Source: Paraspadella gotoi
Taxonomy: Eukaryota > Animalia > Chaetognatha
Assembly (NCBI GenBank): GCA_051294375.1
Contig: JBJCIZ010000028.1
Span: 424,200-488,199, forward strand
Length of the DNA stretch: 64,000 nt
Direction: 5' to 3'
The position numbers were made by a program, and so were the translations under genes. Position 1 is the stretch's first letter, and each line of letters opens with the position of its first letter. This document shows, piece after piece, positions 51,416 through 61,167 of this stretch. A model generated the notes under the pieces. It saw only the letters and a program-made list of their open reading frames with translations. It was not told where the DNA came from and did no database searches.

Positions 51416-54400
51416 CCTTCTCTACTTTGTTTGTTATTTCTTTCTCTCTCTCTCTCTCTCCTCTTGAATTCCCATCTCTCTCTTTCTGTTCTTTCTTTCT
51501 TTTCTTTCTTTCTTTCTTCTCTTCTTTCTTTCTTTCTTTCCTCTCTATCTTTCTTTCTTTCTTTCTTTCATTCTTTTGTCTCTATCTATCTCTATTATTA
51601 CTTCTTTTCTTCTCTCTCTCTCTCCTCTGTCCTTCTCTACTTTGTTGGTTTATTTCTTTCTATCTCTCTTTCTTTCTTTCTTTTTTTCTTTTTTTCTTTA
51701 TTTTTTTTCTTTCTTTTTCTTTCTTTTTTCTTCTATCTATCTCTATTTCTTTAACTGTTNNNNNNNNNNNNNNNNNNNNNNNNNNNNNNNNNNNNNNNNN
51801 NNNNNNNNNNNNNNNNNNNNNNNNNNNNNNNNNNNNNNNNNNNNNNNNNNNNNNNNNNNNNNNNNNNNNNNNNNNNNNNNNNNNNNNNNNNNNNNNNNNN
51901 NNNNNNNNNNNNNNNNNNNNNNNNNNNNNNNNNNNNNNNNNNNNNNNNNNNNNNNNNNNNNNNNNNNNNNNNNNNNNNNNNNNNNNNNNNNNNNNNNNNN
52001 NNNNNNNNNNNNNNNNNNNNNNNNNNNNNNNNNNNNNNNNNNNNNNNNNNNNNNNNNNNNNNNNNNNNNNNNNNNNNNNNNNNNNNNNNNNNNNNNNNNN
52101 NNNNNNNNNNNNNNNNNNNNNNNNNNNNNNNNNNNNNNNNNNNNNNNNNNNNNNNNNNNNNNNNNNNNNNNNNNNNNNNNNNNNNNNNNNNNNNNNNNNN
52201 NNNNNNNNNNNNNNNNNNNNNNNNNNNNNNNNNNNNNNNNNNNNNNNNNNNNNNNNNNNNNNNNNNNNNNNNNNNNNNNNNNNNNNNNNNNNNNNNNNNN
52301 NNNNNNNNNNNNNNNNNNNNNNNNNNNNNNNNNNNNNNNNNNNNNNNNNNNNNNNNNNNNNNNNNNNNNNNNNNNNNNNNNNNNNNNNNNNNNNNNNNNN
52401 NNNNNNNNNNNNNNNNNNNNNNNNNNNNNNNNNNNNNNNNNNNNNNNNNNNNNNNNNNNNNNNNNNNNNNNNNNNNNNNNNNNNNNNNNNNNNNNNNNNN
52501 NNNNNNNNNNNNNNNNNNNNNNNNNNNNNNNNNNNNNNNNNNNNNNNNNNNNNNNNNNNNNNNNNNNNNNNNNNNNNNNNNNNNNNNNNNNNNNNNNNNN
52601 NNNNNNNTCTCTATCTATCTCTATTTATTACTTTCTTTTCTCTCTCTATCCCTCTCCCCCTCTCTCTCTCTCTCTCTATTTCTCTCTCTCTTTATATATA
52701 TTTCTTTCTCTCCCCCCCCTCTCTCTCTCTCTCTCCCTCTCTCCAGATACGCGTCCCAAGCTGTGGACGCCACCTACGCCCAAGACGACGACGTCGACAA
52801 AGACGAAAACTGGAAAAACTTCGTGGAGGAAATCGGAGATCCGAAGAGAGGAAACTTGAAAATGTTCAGGTTTGGATTTGATTGGATTGAATGGATTGAT
52901 TGATTGGTAGGTTGGTTGATTGGATTGCTTGATTGATTTGATTGATTGGTTTGTTGCTTCATTGAATGATTAGTTAATTGATTTATTGATCGATATATTG
53001 AATTATTAAGACTTGGACACGGGCTCGTTTCCCGATGGCATGTAGCCTCCCTTCTCATTGGTCCGTTTCGATGATGATTCGTCCAATCAGAGAGACCTCG
53101 GCGGATTTCATCCGAGTCGCGGATCCGATTCCATTCTTGTTTTCGATTCCATCTGCGATGAGAAAAAGAAAGAGAGAAAATTTTAAAAATATTAAAAAAA
53201 AAAAAAACAAATGCAAACAAAAAGGGGGAAAAAAAAGCAACTGAAGACTAAAAAAAAAAAAAACAGGGCCAAGATAGCTTATTTATTAAATGAATGGATA
53301 ATTTTTACATTGGTTGTACCAATTTCATAAAAGAAAACAAAACGAATGTTCCCTCCCCCCTTTTTTTGCTTCCCCTCCTCCCTTTTCCCTTCCCCTCCCT
53401 TCTTCCCCTCCCTCCCAAACAGAGTCAAAGAACCCGACGTCTCCGGTCAGAATTGGTCCCCGATCCCCGTCGACTCTAAAGCGTCTCTCACGGAAATGCT
53501 GACGGCCATCATGTATCAAGCATCGGCCTTTCACGCGGCGCAGAATAATCCGCAGTTCGAACATTTTAGTTTCGTGCCTAATAAGCCCAATGCGATTAAG
53601 GTAAAAAGGGTGTATTATTTGTCAAGTTTAGTATATTATAATTTATAGGATAGAATGGTGCAGTTATCAAAGGTGTTTTTTTGTAGAATTGTTGTATTGG
53701 AGGCAATTTTTAGAAATTTTTAGAAACTTAGTACGTTGTAAAATTTTAAAATGTAGTATGCTGTAAAATTGTAAAAATTTGAATTGTAAAATAAATGTTC
53801 CACAAAGGTGTATTTTGTTGTATGACAGTTCCTTAATGAGTATATGTAAATCAATTTTTTCTATGAAATCAAATCAAATTAGCCAAAGAATAGTTAAAAC
53901 TAAATATTTAAACAACCTTAAAAGTTCCATCCCATCATCCCTTTGCCCCAAATTCCATTTGCAGATGGCAATGCCGCCTCCAGACGTGGAACTCAAATTG
54001 GAAGACATCATGGCGTCGATGCCAGATTTTCGAGATCGAGCCAAAACTTGTTTCCTCATTCACGCTCTCACGCTGCCCACGGATGAACCCATGAATAAAG
54101 TCACGGCGCTTAAGGTGAATTCTCTCTGTCTCTCTCTCTCTGTATTTTTGACAGTTTTCTTCATATAAAATGTCGCATTAAGTTTTGGTGTCTTGGTTTA
54201 TGAATCAAAACGGTACACTCGTATAATTTATCTTGCAATATTAAATAGTATATTTTTAAGTTAACTTCATGGACAACAGTATATAAATTAGAAATTATAT
54301 ATATATAATTTAGCTCCGACATTTTTCAACTAAAAAATAGAAATAGTAGTAAAATGGTATTAAACTTTAAACTTTACAAAACAGGACCTCGTTCCCAACG

Positions 54401-54537
54401 CCCACGATGAACTCATGGCGAATCTCGATCTCATGAAAAACGCGATAGAAGAGAGAAACGATTCCATCAAATCTCAAGATGGAATCACTTATTCTTACTT
54501 CCACCCGGATGTGCTCAACGCCTCCGTCGATATCTGA
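8832..54537 (+). CDS. Multi-exon lipoxygenase gene with predicted SRPBCC-C2-LOX architecture; central His-ligand exon(s) not visible, probably in gaps
   Basis: Phase-compatible GT-AG exons: 12530-13098 (split by a gap and duplication), 13339-13471, 16312-16557, 16927-17207, 17799-~18006, <50747-50914, 52747-52869, 53423-53600, 53965-54114, 54385-54537. LOX motifs: WKDDSEFCRQFFQGINP, YYAPIVLFY, FPRSLAKRG, YYREDGWLLW, HAAQN, and a C-terminal Ile (NASVDI-stop). Confidence 0.85.
12530..13098 (+). CDS. C2-domain exon of the LOX gene (5' part 12530-12676, 3' part re-written at 12954-13098; noisy copy at ~11021-11239)
   Basis: GSVLETKSTPYLNNNPNPIWFDEVNFCVSKHFDRLRVEVYDADFMDDDDFIFGGEVGVAEIK has the NPxWxE.F and V-Y-D-x-D....DD-F-I motifs of Ca2+-binding C2 domains. 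Confidence 0.85.
13591..15808. mobile_element. Non-autonomous TIR DNA element (~2.2 kb) in a LOX intron
   Basis: taggacacaatgaaaaat (13591-13608) is the near-perfect inverted repeat of atttttcattgtgtcgta (15791-15808). Both ends carry TA. The interior is AT-rich with no transposase ORF. Confidence 0.5.
16927..17207 (+). CDS. Lipoxygenase catalytic-domain exon
   Basis: GLCSLLPIDEMPRPK...YWKDDSEFCRQFFQGINPFQIKVV, the LOX W-x-x-D-x-x-F-x-x-Q-x-x-x-G-x-N-P motif. Phase 1 acceptor matches the 16312-16557 donor. Confidence 0.88.
17799..18006 (+). CDS. Lipoxygenase exon (identical copy at ~25061-25268)
   Basis: EMRSLKTLDGSTSVPELIAGKRLLIADFRLLAEIPG...YYAPIVLFYRREKGI matches the LOX segment L...G.L.i.Dy..L...y.AP..Lf. 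The donor position is uncertain. Confidence 0.8.
18781..20236 (+). CDS. Secreted ICK/knottin prepropeptide type A, copy 1 (exons 18781-18846, 20069-20236; 77 aa)
   Basis: MKIFLVLILTVVLIEGRRLKNK|IATDEDRAAKDYCIEQNGMCGGDVMYPCCPEYTCIINDGDVWLCGDPNRELINNE-stop. Hydrophobic signal peptide, phase-0 gtaag/cag intron, C-x6-C-x7-CC-x4-C-x9-C, AATAAA downstream. Confidence 0.85.
19232..19506. mobile_element. ~270-nt GC-rich, multi-hairpin interspersed element in the ICK-A intron (also 26504-26773, 32926-33179; reverse-complement copy 60590-60854)
   Basis: The same sequence recurs in opposite orientation at an unrelated locus, where it is flanked by an 8-bp direct repeat (TCAATAAT). Confidence 0.75.
20488..20988 (+). 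mobile_element. Repeat element with tRNA-like head and twister ribozyme: one 373-nt unit plus a partial second unit (also ~27759-28262, ~34146-34647; independent minus-strand copy 63665-63887)
   Basis: tatggtggactaaaatcc... starts at 20488 and again at 20861. tRNA-like segment at 20521-20592 with a GCGGCCA/TGGCCGC stem and A- and B-box-like motifs. A diverged copy lies in an OATP intron. Confidence 0.75.
20595..20670 (+). ncRNA. Twister ribozyme, P5-type circular permutation (identical copies at 27867-27942 and 34253-34328)
   Basis: P5 AGCAGU/ACUGCU; P2 GG/CC; conserved GA; T1 CGGG/UCCG; UAA cleavage loop (U20619|A20620); T2 GC/GC; P3 CUGUAAC/GUUACAG; P4 CCUGA/UCAGG with loop UCCG-AA-GC. P2 is short and P1 is essentially absent. 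Confidence 0.75.
21196..21640 (+). CDS. Secreted ICK prepropeptide type B, copy 1 (exons 21196-21260, 21476-21640; exon 1 is 1 nt short, likely a read error)
   Basis: MKFFFVLIFAIVLIEGRRL(G)KK|IATNEVRGAQMDYCLLSWHRCGGDIVTHCCPGLYCYHYHGHYYGNCLQGPINNE-stop, with C-x6-C-x7-CC-x4-C-x10-C. Confidence 0.8.
23532..24743 (+). mobile_element. 5'-truncated Penelope-like retroelement: inverted 3' end/pseudo-LTR (23532-~24060) followed by RT-thumb and GIY-YIG fragment (copies ~30833-32055, ~37204-38113)
   Basis: Consensus translation [36 protein letters not shown]...ALNGYP...LPYHQGITEALVRVL...LVKPKDKIPRLKTSGAVYWAACAG...CTAAYVGETGKSLTDRFKQH is typical of the PLE thumb plus GIY-YIG endonuclease. Confidence 0.88.
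23616..23662 (-). ncRNA. Minimal type I hammerhead ribozyme of the Penelope pseudo-LTR (copies 30918-30964, 37287-37332)
   Basis: Minus strand CUGAUGA-A-GGCUC-UAAAUGAAU-GAGCC-GAAA-CAUG-UC: conserved core, helix II and a palindromic mini-helix III. Helix I is weak. Confidence 0.7.
26047..27506 (+). CDS. ICK type A, copy 2 (several single-base indels; probable uncorrected duplicate)
   Basis: Same two exons as 18781-20236 (26047-26113, 27334-~27506) with scattered 1-nt insertions. Confidence 0.5.
28470..28916 (+). CDS. ICK type B, copy 2 (exons 28470-28535, 28751-28916; one 1-nt insertion in exon 2)
   Basis: Near-identical to copy 1. Exon 1 is an intact 66 nt. Confidence 0.6.
32475..33894 (+). 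CDS. ICK type A, copy 3, intact (exons 32475-32540, 33727-33894)
   Basis: Identical 77-aa translation to copy 1, with canonical splice sites. Confidence 0.8.
34855..35301 (+). CDS. ICK type B, copy 3, intact 76 aa (exons 34855-34920, 35137-35301)
   Basis: MKFFFVLIFAIVLIEGRRLGKK|IVTNEVRGAQMDYCLLSWHRCGGDIVTHCCPGLYCYHYHGHYYGNCLQGPINNE-stop, with canonical splice sites. Confidence 0.85.
41612..42084 (+). CDS. ICK type B paralog B4 (noisy exon 1 41612-41680; clean exon 2 41929-42084)
   Basis: Exon 2: IATNEVRDVQMDSCFLSWHRCGDDIVTPCCPGLYCYHYHGHYYGNCRPDQQ-stop. It differs from copies 1-3 by substitutions, not only by indels. Confidence 0.75.
45078..45825. mobile_element. Interspersed element with (GACG)n microsatellite, possibly Helentron/HINE (DINE-1-like); related partial copies at ~18230-18480, ~25495-25745, 32081-32170
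   Basis: Shared blocks ttccactc..acgattccatcgaaacttga, (gacg)n and tttttgcataatttatcataa. Absent from the homologous position near 40420. The family assignment is inferred. Confidence 0.45.
46750..47331 (+). mobile_element. Short non-coding Penelope-like insertion with inverted terminal segment, two opposed hammerheads (46797-46842 minus; 47200-47246 plus) and a 12-bp TSD
   Basis: 46750-~46858 is the inverted repeat of ~47185-47295. ATATTTTTTCAT flanks both sides (46738-46749, 47332-47343). The homologous site at ~41161 is empty. Confidence 0.8.
47808..48271 (+). CDS. ICK type B paralog B5 (exons 47808-47873, 48113-48271; acceptor reads tttatg instead of ttttag)
   Basis: MKLFFVLIFAVVLIEGRRLGKK|IATNEVRDAQMDSCFLSWNRCGGDIVTQCCPGLYCYHYHGHYYGNCLRPSQQ-stop. 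The acceptor defect is either a read error or pseudogenisation. Confidence 0.7.
49183..49290 (+). repeat. (CATT)n microsatellite
   Basis: Directly visible run. Confidence 0.95.
49290..49550 (-). CDS. Candidate terminal exon of an unidentified minus-strand gene
   Basis: Good acceptor tcttgattcttcttgtccag at 49551-49570 (minus). Coding-like composition and an open frame RYRVTLDDSKEFWMLLGRLEKDF... with a hydrophobic stretch. No family recognised and the frame is ambiguous. Confidence 0.25.
   Translation of the reverse strand, partial: RYRVTLDDSKEFWMLLGRLEKDFVAAGEIDGEILMRTLDIVLLFIIKLFGYILFVIVVGVRCVYKQFIGRKKKSTRDNTIDEYMYA
50747..54537 (+). CDS. Five 3' exons of the lipoxygenase, containing the Fe ligands His/Asn (HAAQN) and the C-terminal Ile
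   Basis: Spliced in frame: GGVLMFNESVKHLDYDDFVFPRSLAKRGF...FYYREDGWLLWKVLEK|YASQAVDATYAQDDDVDKDENWKNFVEEI...|...YQASAFHAAQNNPQFEHFSFVPNKP...|MAMPPP...|...IEERN...YSYFHPDVLNASVDI-stop. Confidence 0.92.
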
Positions 54538-55669
54538 GTGGGGGAAAAAATGTATGTTCGTCATCTGATACGAATGTAAACAGTTAATACTGTCGTTGAC
54601 TTTCAGTGTGAAACAACGTTGTGTTTGTACAATATGCATTTATTCAAAGATGAGAGTATTTCATTGCTTGACGTTGTAAATTTTAAAATTTGGTGTTCTC
54701 ACAATTATGGGTATATGGATATAAAAACTCGATCATTGTGTACTGATTTGAAATCCAAACAGGAAATTGTTTTAATAATGTTTTTAATTAAAAAAAATTG
54801 TGGTTTGTATTTTTAGATTCTAATTTTTGGTTTGAAAAAAGCTTTGAAAAATTGTTAAATATGTACAAGCGAGAGAGAGATAGAAAAAGCAAGAAAAAAG
54901 AGAAAGATAGTAAGAGAGATAGAAAGTCATATTTTCTAAGAAATCACCTTTGGTATTTATCAAATAAAAATAGAAATACTATTAACAATGACTATTAAAT
55001 TCATAGTTTAAAAAAAAAAAACATGCGAGCGAGTCGTAAAAATTCTATTAAAATATCATCGTATCAAGTTTTCAAATTATGGAATCGAATTAAAAAGGTT
55101 TCGATTGGCCACACTCCAACACGCAAAGGGACAAGGTTCAAACCAAACTCGTTGGATGAAGAGAGAAACTTTTTCAATTTAAGGAAAAATAATATTTGAT
55201 GAATGAGACTTTGAAAAACTAGACAAAACAAGGAGATGCATTACGTCGCCCGCGCGCGAAAAAAAAGTTGTTGACAGAGATCAATGGAGCTCGAGTGTGT
55301 CTTCACGCATCCGTAACTTCCCAAAGAATATTTCTATTCGGGATAACGAATCGGCTCATAACCTGTGACCCGAACTGTGAAAACGCTGCCCTTGGCTACG
55401 ACCCGAACAGTGATCGCGCTGCCCTCGGAATTGTTTTCATAAACTTGCAAATTAGAGATTCTCATTTCAAACCCGAAAACTGGTTTTTCACCACGAAACT
55501 TGATTTCTTTCTTTTTCTTTTTTTTTTTTTAAGACAATCAGATTCAAAATCCTCAAATCGGAAAAAGAAGCTAAATAAAAAATTCAAAATTTAAAACTCT
55601 TTTTACTCCATTGTTTCTTACGCTTACTGCTGACCTCTCTCTCTCTTCTCTCTCTCTCTCTCTCTCTCG

Positions 55670-55705
<36 letters not shown>

Positions 55706-55837
55706 CTCTAACTCTCCCATATTTCAATATTACTAATCATTTTATACCAATTATACACCCTACGCTTACCATGACGTGACACAAACAATATTTACATAGT
55801 ACAAAATAAAAAACAAAGCGAAACAAAAAAATACAAA

Positions 55838-58800
55838 ATGTCCACCCACCGATCGTGGGCGACTCTCCGCGTCTTCAGCGCCATCTTGTCCGTCATCTTT
55901 TTCACTCAATGGGCGTCGGGCAGTTATCTCTACGCGATGATGACGACGCTAGAGAGGGCGTTCGGTCTCTCCGCCACCGAAATCGGCGGCCTTAAATCAA
56001 TGAGTGAGTAGGATGATTGATCAATTAAAACGTCGATTTATCAATCAATCAATCAATCCCATAAATTCATTGATTCAATTAACTTAGTCAAATTTAATAA
56101 TTAATCAGACGGTCATTAAATTGAATTGTCGTTTATTAAATCTCTAATCAGTGGTCAATATATTTATCTAATCAAACAAATCGATGAAATAAATCAATTA
56201 TTTAATCAATTTCTAAATGAAATTTTAAAAAATAAATCAAAGTTTTTAATCAATCTTTCAATCAAGTAAATCAAATAATCACTTGAAGTAATCAATCAAC
56301 CATAAATAGACAAATAAATCAAACGATTTAATCAAATTATCGAATCAATTCTATCCATAGATCCTAAGTTAGCGATTCAATCAGTCAATCATATTCTTTC
56401 GAATCGACCGATCACCTCAGGCAGCGCCGCCTACGCGATCTTCATGGTGTTCGCAATGATCTCGGCTAAGAAACTTCACGCACCTCGAACCATAGGCGTC
56501 GTCTCTGTTGGAATCGCCCTCGCCTTTTTTGTGGAGGTGAGTCGGCACTATTTTCTTAAAGGGTGTGGACGAACAGATAGAACATGCAACCTCGGTCAAA
56601 CCACTTGACCTTAACAACCTGACCCCGCTCGTTTCCCCCAGTTTATTTACAAAGGTCATTCTTGATCTAAAACTTGTTGCGTCCACAAGGGCCCCATTTC
56701 TGTTTAAATTCCCTGAATTTTTTTTTTTACCCGAATATTAACTATTAATTTTTTACAATTATTTTACTTATGCTTATCCCTAATTCCATACACTGACATT
56801 ACCTCTAACCCTAATCCTTACCCAAAATACTTGGCCTTATCCTGTAACCCTAAACCCAAATTTTTTACCCAAATCTTAATTAAATCTTTCACCATAATCT
56901 TTAATCTAACTTTACCTTATCCATTCAGCTCATCCCTTACCTCTACGGCGCCGGCCGCGGTGCCATCGGCGATACTTCTGGCGCCGGAAATTCTTCGCTT
57001 CCCATCAACATCGACTCGCGGCGACCGTTGTGTCACGACGAGGATATTCAAATGATGTTACAACGTCAACAATGTGGAAGTGATGAAGACCGTGATGAAA
57101 TCCATAAAATTGTAAGTAGTCTTTTTTTTTAATCTGACATGTATAGTTGTTAAAAAGTTTATATTGTGGCAATACATTTACTCTTGCTACCGGACTGAAA
57201 TAATCTGTGAAGAAACCTCAACAGCATAAGAGCAAGTATTCTCTTTTCCCACTGGGCGGCCTCGAGTTTCTGCCTTGTTGATGTCATTACTAGTAAGCGG
57301 GACGGGATGTATAACCCACCTGTAGCGGTGGACTACAGTCAGATCCAAAGTTCCGAAGCTAACTAATAACCGACTATAATTTTTTCCTCCCTTTGTGGCA
57401 TTAAAATATCAAAATATAAAAAATCAAAAACTATCTGTCAATCATAATTGCATAAAATAATTTAACAAGTTACTTGAGATTGTAGTCCTAACACTATGTA
57501 AAAGATTCAAACAAACTTTTTTATACTGTCAAATCCCAAAATCATTCAATAAATCTGTTTTTTTTCATTTCTACTTTCTAGTCAAGCACGTCTCCAACCT
57601 CCAAGGAATCTTTTAACCTGGACTATCTTTTCCTAGCGGCGGGAAAAATCATCACAATGGCTTTGGCACCTTTTATTGTTGTTCTCTACGCTCCTTTCAT
57701 TGACAACAATGTTGAAAACCAAAGGGCAGCCACGTAAGGGCAATCAAAATGAGCGACAATGCAAGCTTCTAGTTATGTTGAAAAATTTAGCTTACCTTAG
57801 AGTTTAAAGATAAAAGCCCAGTGGTTTAATAATTAGCATAATAATAGATATTTAATTACTAAATTTTTTGATTTGATTACTAAAATTTTTGCCTTTGTAT
57901 GTACAATTTATTTCCTTGACCCTTTCCCTTCTTTCCAAAGTTACATCGCCATAATCAAGTCGTCCCAACACATAGGCCCCATCGTGGGCATGAGTCTCGG
58001 CTCATACTTGTCCCAAATCCCCGTGGACCTGAATCCTATAGACCTCAACCCCGGAGACCCACAGTTTGTAGGGGCATGGTGGATTGGAATACTAGTATTT
58101 GGGCCGATGCTGCTCTTTGCTTCTTTCCCTATGATGTTCTACCCGGAAAAACCATCTGAGGTAAAAAGTATTTGTTGAATTATTTAATTGTTTTAGTTGT
58201 TCTAGTTGTCTTTACACTTTTATTTGCCTATTTTTACAATATCTTCTTAAGGCCTATGAAAAGAAAGGGATTGAGATTGAAAATTACGCTGTAGATGAAA
58301 TTGTTGACGATGAAAAAGACGATGAAAATAACCTGAGAAAGGTTAGTGAGTTAATCATAATAACCATATTTAAATCTATTAGTATAATGAAATGTCGATT
58401 TTAAACAGATCATCTATCTTTAAATCCAGAGATCAACCATCAAAGATATGGAGATTAATGAAGATACTATAAATAGCTTGAGCAACAAAAAGAGTATAAT
58501 TGCATTTTTCAAGTCATCTTGGCTTTTTTTGGTGGCCTTTTTAAAAAATGTCTGGCAAGTGTTCACCAATAAGATTTGGTTTTGCTGTTGGTTGGCAGAC
58601 CTCATTGCCGGATTTGGATGGGGAGGAATGTTAACTTTTTTACCCAAGACTTTGGAATTACAGGTTCTTTGTTTTTATTTACTAAATAACAAAATAAATC
58701 ATTGTATAAATTAAATACACCTCCTCCTATTCCCTCCTTTTTACCTGCTTCCCCGCAGTACAGCTTTCCCCCATGGCAGGCGAGCTTAATTCTAGGTCTA

Positions 58801-60588
58801 GTTATTGGTGGAGGCGGCTGTATCGGCACTATCATCTCAGGTCTCATAATCAGGCGACTCAATCTGCATCCACCAGGAATGGCATTGCACGTCGCCTTCA
58901 CGCGCGTGATCTATGTCTGCTGTCTCCTTGTTATGTTGTTTCTAACTTCAGATGGAGTAAGATGAGAAATGAGGGTTATTTTTTAAAACTTTGGGTTGAT
59001 ATTAATGTATTAATATATTAATGTATTAACCAAATTCATAACCTTAACCTAAACCTTTGAACATAAAAACTAACTCCGTTCTGAATTTTAAGTAAAATGG
59101 GATATTTTGGGAAAATAAGGGCGATATCTGTTAGTTTGGAAAATCACGTGCCTTTGATTGCATTTAGTCGAACATCCATGGAGATATAGACGCGCAGTCC
59201 GGACTAAAGATTCTTAACGCAGACTGCAACATGGGATGCAACTGCAACCAGCAGGTTGTTATTGTCATTGTTTGCCATTTAGCCTATTGCAGATAAAAAA
59301 AGATACAGTTTGAGCGAAAGAGAGAGAGAAAAAAAGAGAGAGAGTGATATTGACTCAAAATCAAAAGTAAAATCCTCATAGGCCGTTTTGACTCTTGTTG
59401 AAAGCAATGGTTAGTGGACACTGGACTTAATCATTGATTTTTCACATCCCAGGCTTTCTCTTCCGTTTGTGGCGAAGATGGCAAGAACTACTTCAGCCCC
59501 TGCCACGCGGGCTGTCGGTCGGTCAGTCAGTCCTTCTCTGACAATCGCCGTCGATTCTTAAATTGCTCCTGCGTTGGAGATGGAAACGGGGAAGCGGTCG
59601 AAGGTAAGTCAATTCAGAGTTAAGGATTAGGGTGAGGAAAAAAGGAAGAGAAAGGGGGCAAATAAGAGCCCAGTTTGGTTCAGCAAGTAAGTAAAAAAAT
59701 TAAATCAAATCATTCAATATGATTTAGTTAAATCCTCTTTGTCAATTTAGTTAAAGCTCCTAAATCAATTCAGTTTTATCAAGTCTACCAATCAAATTTA
59801 ATCTATTAACAAAACTAACTTCATCGAGTTAATTAATTCAGTTTTTAATCTTCTTAATCCTAAACAATTTGAACAGTTCAATTTTTGTTTTCTTCAAGGC
59901 TTCTGCCAACGCGACACCCCTGCCAAGGGTTTCGCTTATGCCGCTCTCCTCTTCTGTTGCTTCTTCATTGCCTTCACCAATAACATGTCTCAGTTTCTGC
60001 TTAAATTTCGAGCCATCACCCCGGAGCAAAAGGCTCTTTCGGTCGGGCTAACCTCGCTGACTTGGTCGTTGCTGGCGAACGTGGTCTCCAGCGTGATATA
60101 TGGAAAGTGAGTGATGTAGTTGATAAAGTTGTTGATGGGGGAAAGTATGTATCGCTCTTCGTTATTTTTAAATCCTTACATTTACGCCAAATTCAGAATC
60201 ATCGACTTCTCTTGCTTAATTTGGCGGGAAAAGTGCGGGTCGCGGCAAAACTGCTACTTTTACGACATGAAAAAGTATCACACGATTGTTCACGTTGGTT
60301 GCTCAATTTTTATTTTCATTTCCGCCATTTTTTATTTTGGTAAGGGTCGATTGGTAAGAATGTGTGTATATATATGACTTGGCCTCACTAAGGATATTTT
60401 TTAAATCTACTGCAGGAGCATTTTTTTTCGCTCGTCAACGAAATTGGGATGAATTGGAAGAAAATGAGTTGCAACAAAAAGAGAATAACGAAAATGAAAT
60501 AGCGTTTCTTCGTGATAACAACAATGATGACAATAATAATACATCAAACAAACGCCCGGTTACATCGAGATTACTTATTTGTCAATAA
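55838..60588 (+). CDS. Organic anion transporting polypeptide (OATP/SLCO family), complete, ~13 exons
   Basis: Exons 55838-56003, 56421-56536, 56929-57111, 57582-57733, 57941-58160, 58252-58341, ~58430-58663, ~58758-58936, ~59169-59254, 59453-59603, ~59899-60106, ~60198-60339, ~60416-60588. Motifs MTTLERAFGLS, FIDNNV, DPQFVGAWWIG (OATP signature), Kazal-like VCGEDGKNYFSPCHAGC, IIDFSCLIW..KCG...NC.FYD. Confidence 0.92.
57291..57361 (+). ncRNA. Diverged P5-type twister-like motif in intron 3 of the first OATP gene
   Basis: UAAGC-GG-GA-CGGG-AUGUA-UAA-CCC-AC-CUGUAG..CUACAG-UCAGA-UCCA-AA-GU-UCCGA. T2 is AC/GU rather than GC/GC and P3 pairing is kept; there is one mismatch each in P4 and T1. Confidence 0.6.
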
Positions 60589-61167
60589 TGAGGCCTCTAT
60601 GGCAACAGCCGGGTTGCCTGTGATGCCCATTGGGATGGGGCATCTCACTGTTGGCTTTGGGGGCTTCCGACCCTCAGTGACGCCTCCAGTCACTGGCGCG
60701 GTTACCCTAGGACGGTCTCGCTTTGCCAATGCAGAGGGAAGTCGTTAGGACTGTGGATGGAACACTACACTTGGGATGGTGTGTTCCCCCTCTGAGCCAA
60801 TGGATTTGGCTGAAGGATGGTGGACGTGAGGCGGTGTGAATATACCGCCACACCTCAATAATTATTTTTCCGCGTGCATCTTTGAAAGTATATTTGGTGG
60901 ATTTTTATCAATGGTGAACATAATAATAATTCAATAAACAAGCTTAGTAATGCCCTCCGCAAAAAAAATTGATATGCCAGATTTATGTATGATATTATTT
61001 TTTTTAAAACATGAAATCGAACCATATTTTTAGGGAGCAACAATACTATCACCAAAGAACAAAAACAGATAAAAATTTATTCAATAGCATTAGGATAAAA
61101 AAATAATAATGAAACAATTTAAATAAATAAATAAATACAACCAATAAAACCATAAAAAAAAACAACA

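Noticed and set aside
49849-52881. Long ORFs of 290-484 aa in the ORF track
   Set aside because: Almost entirely N-gap and low-complexity sequence.
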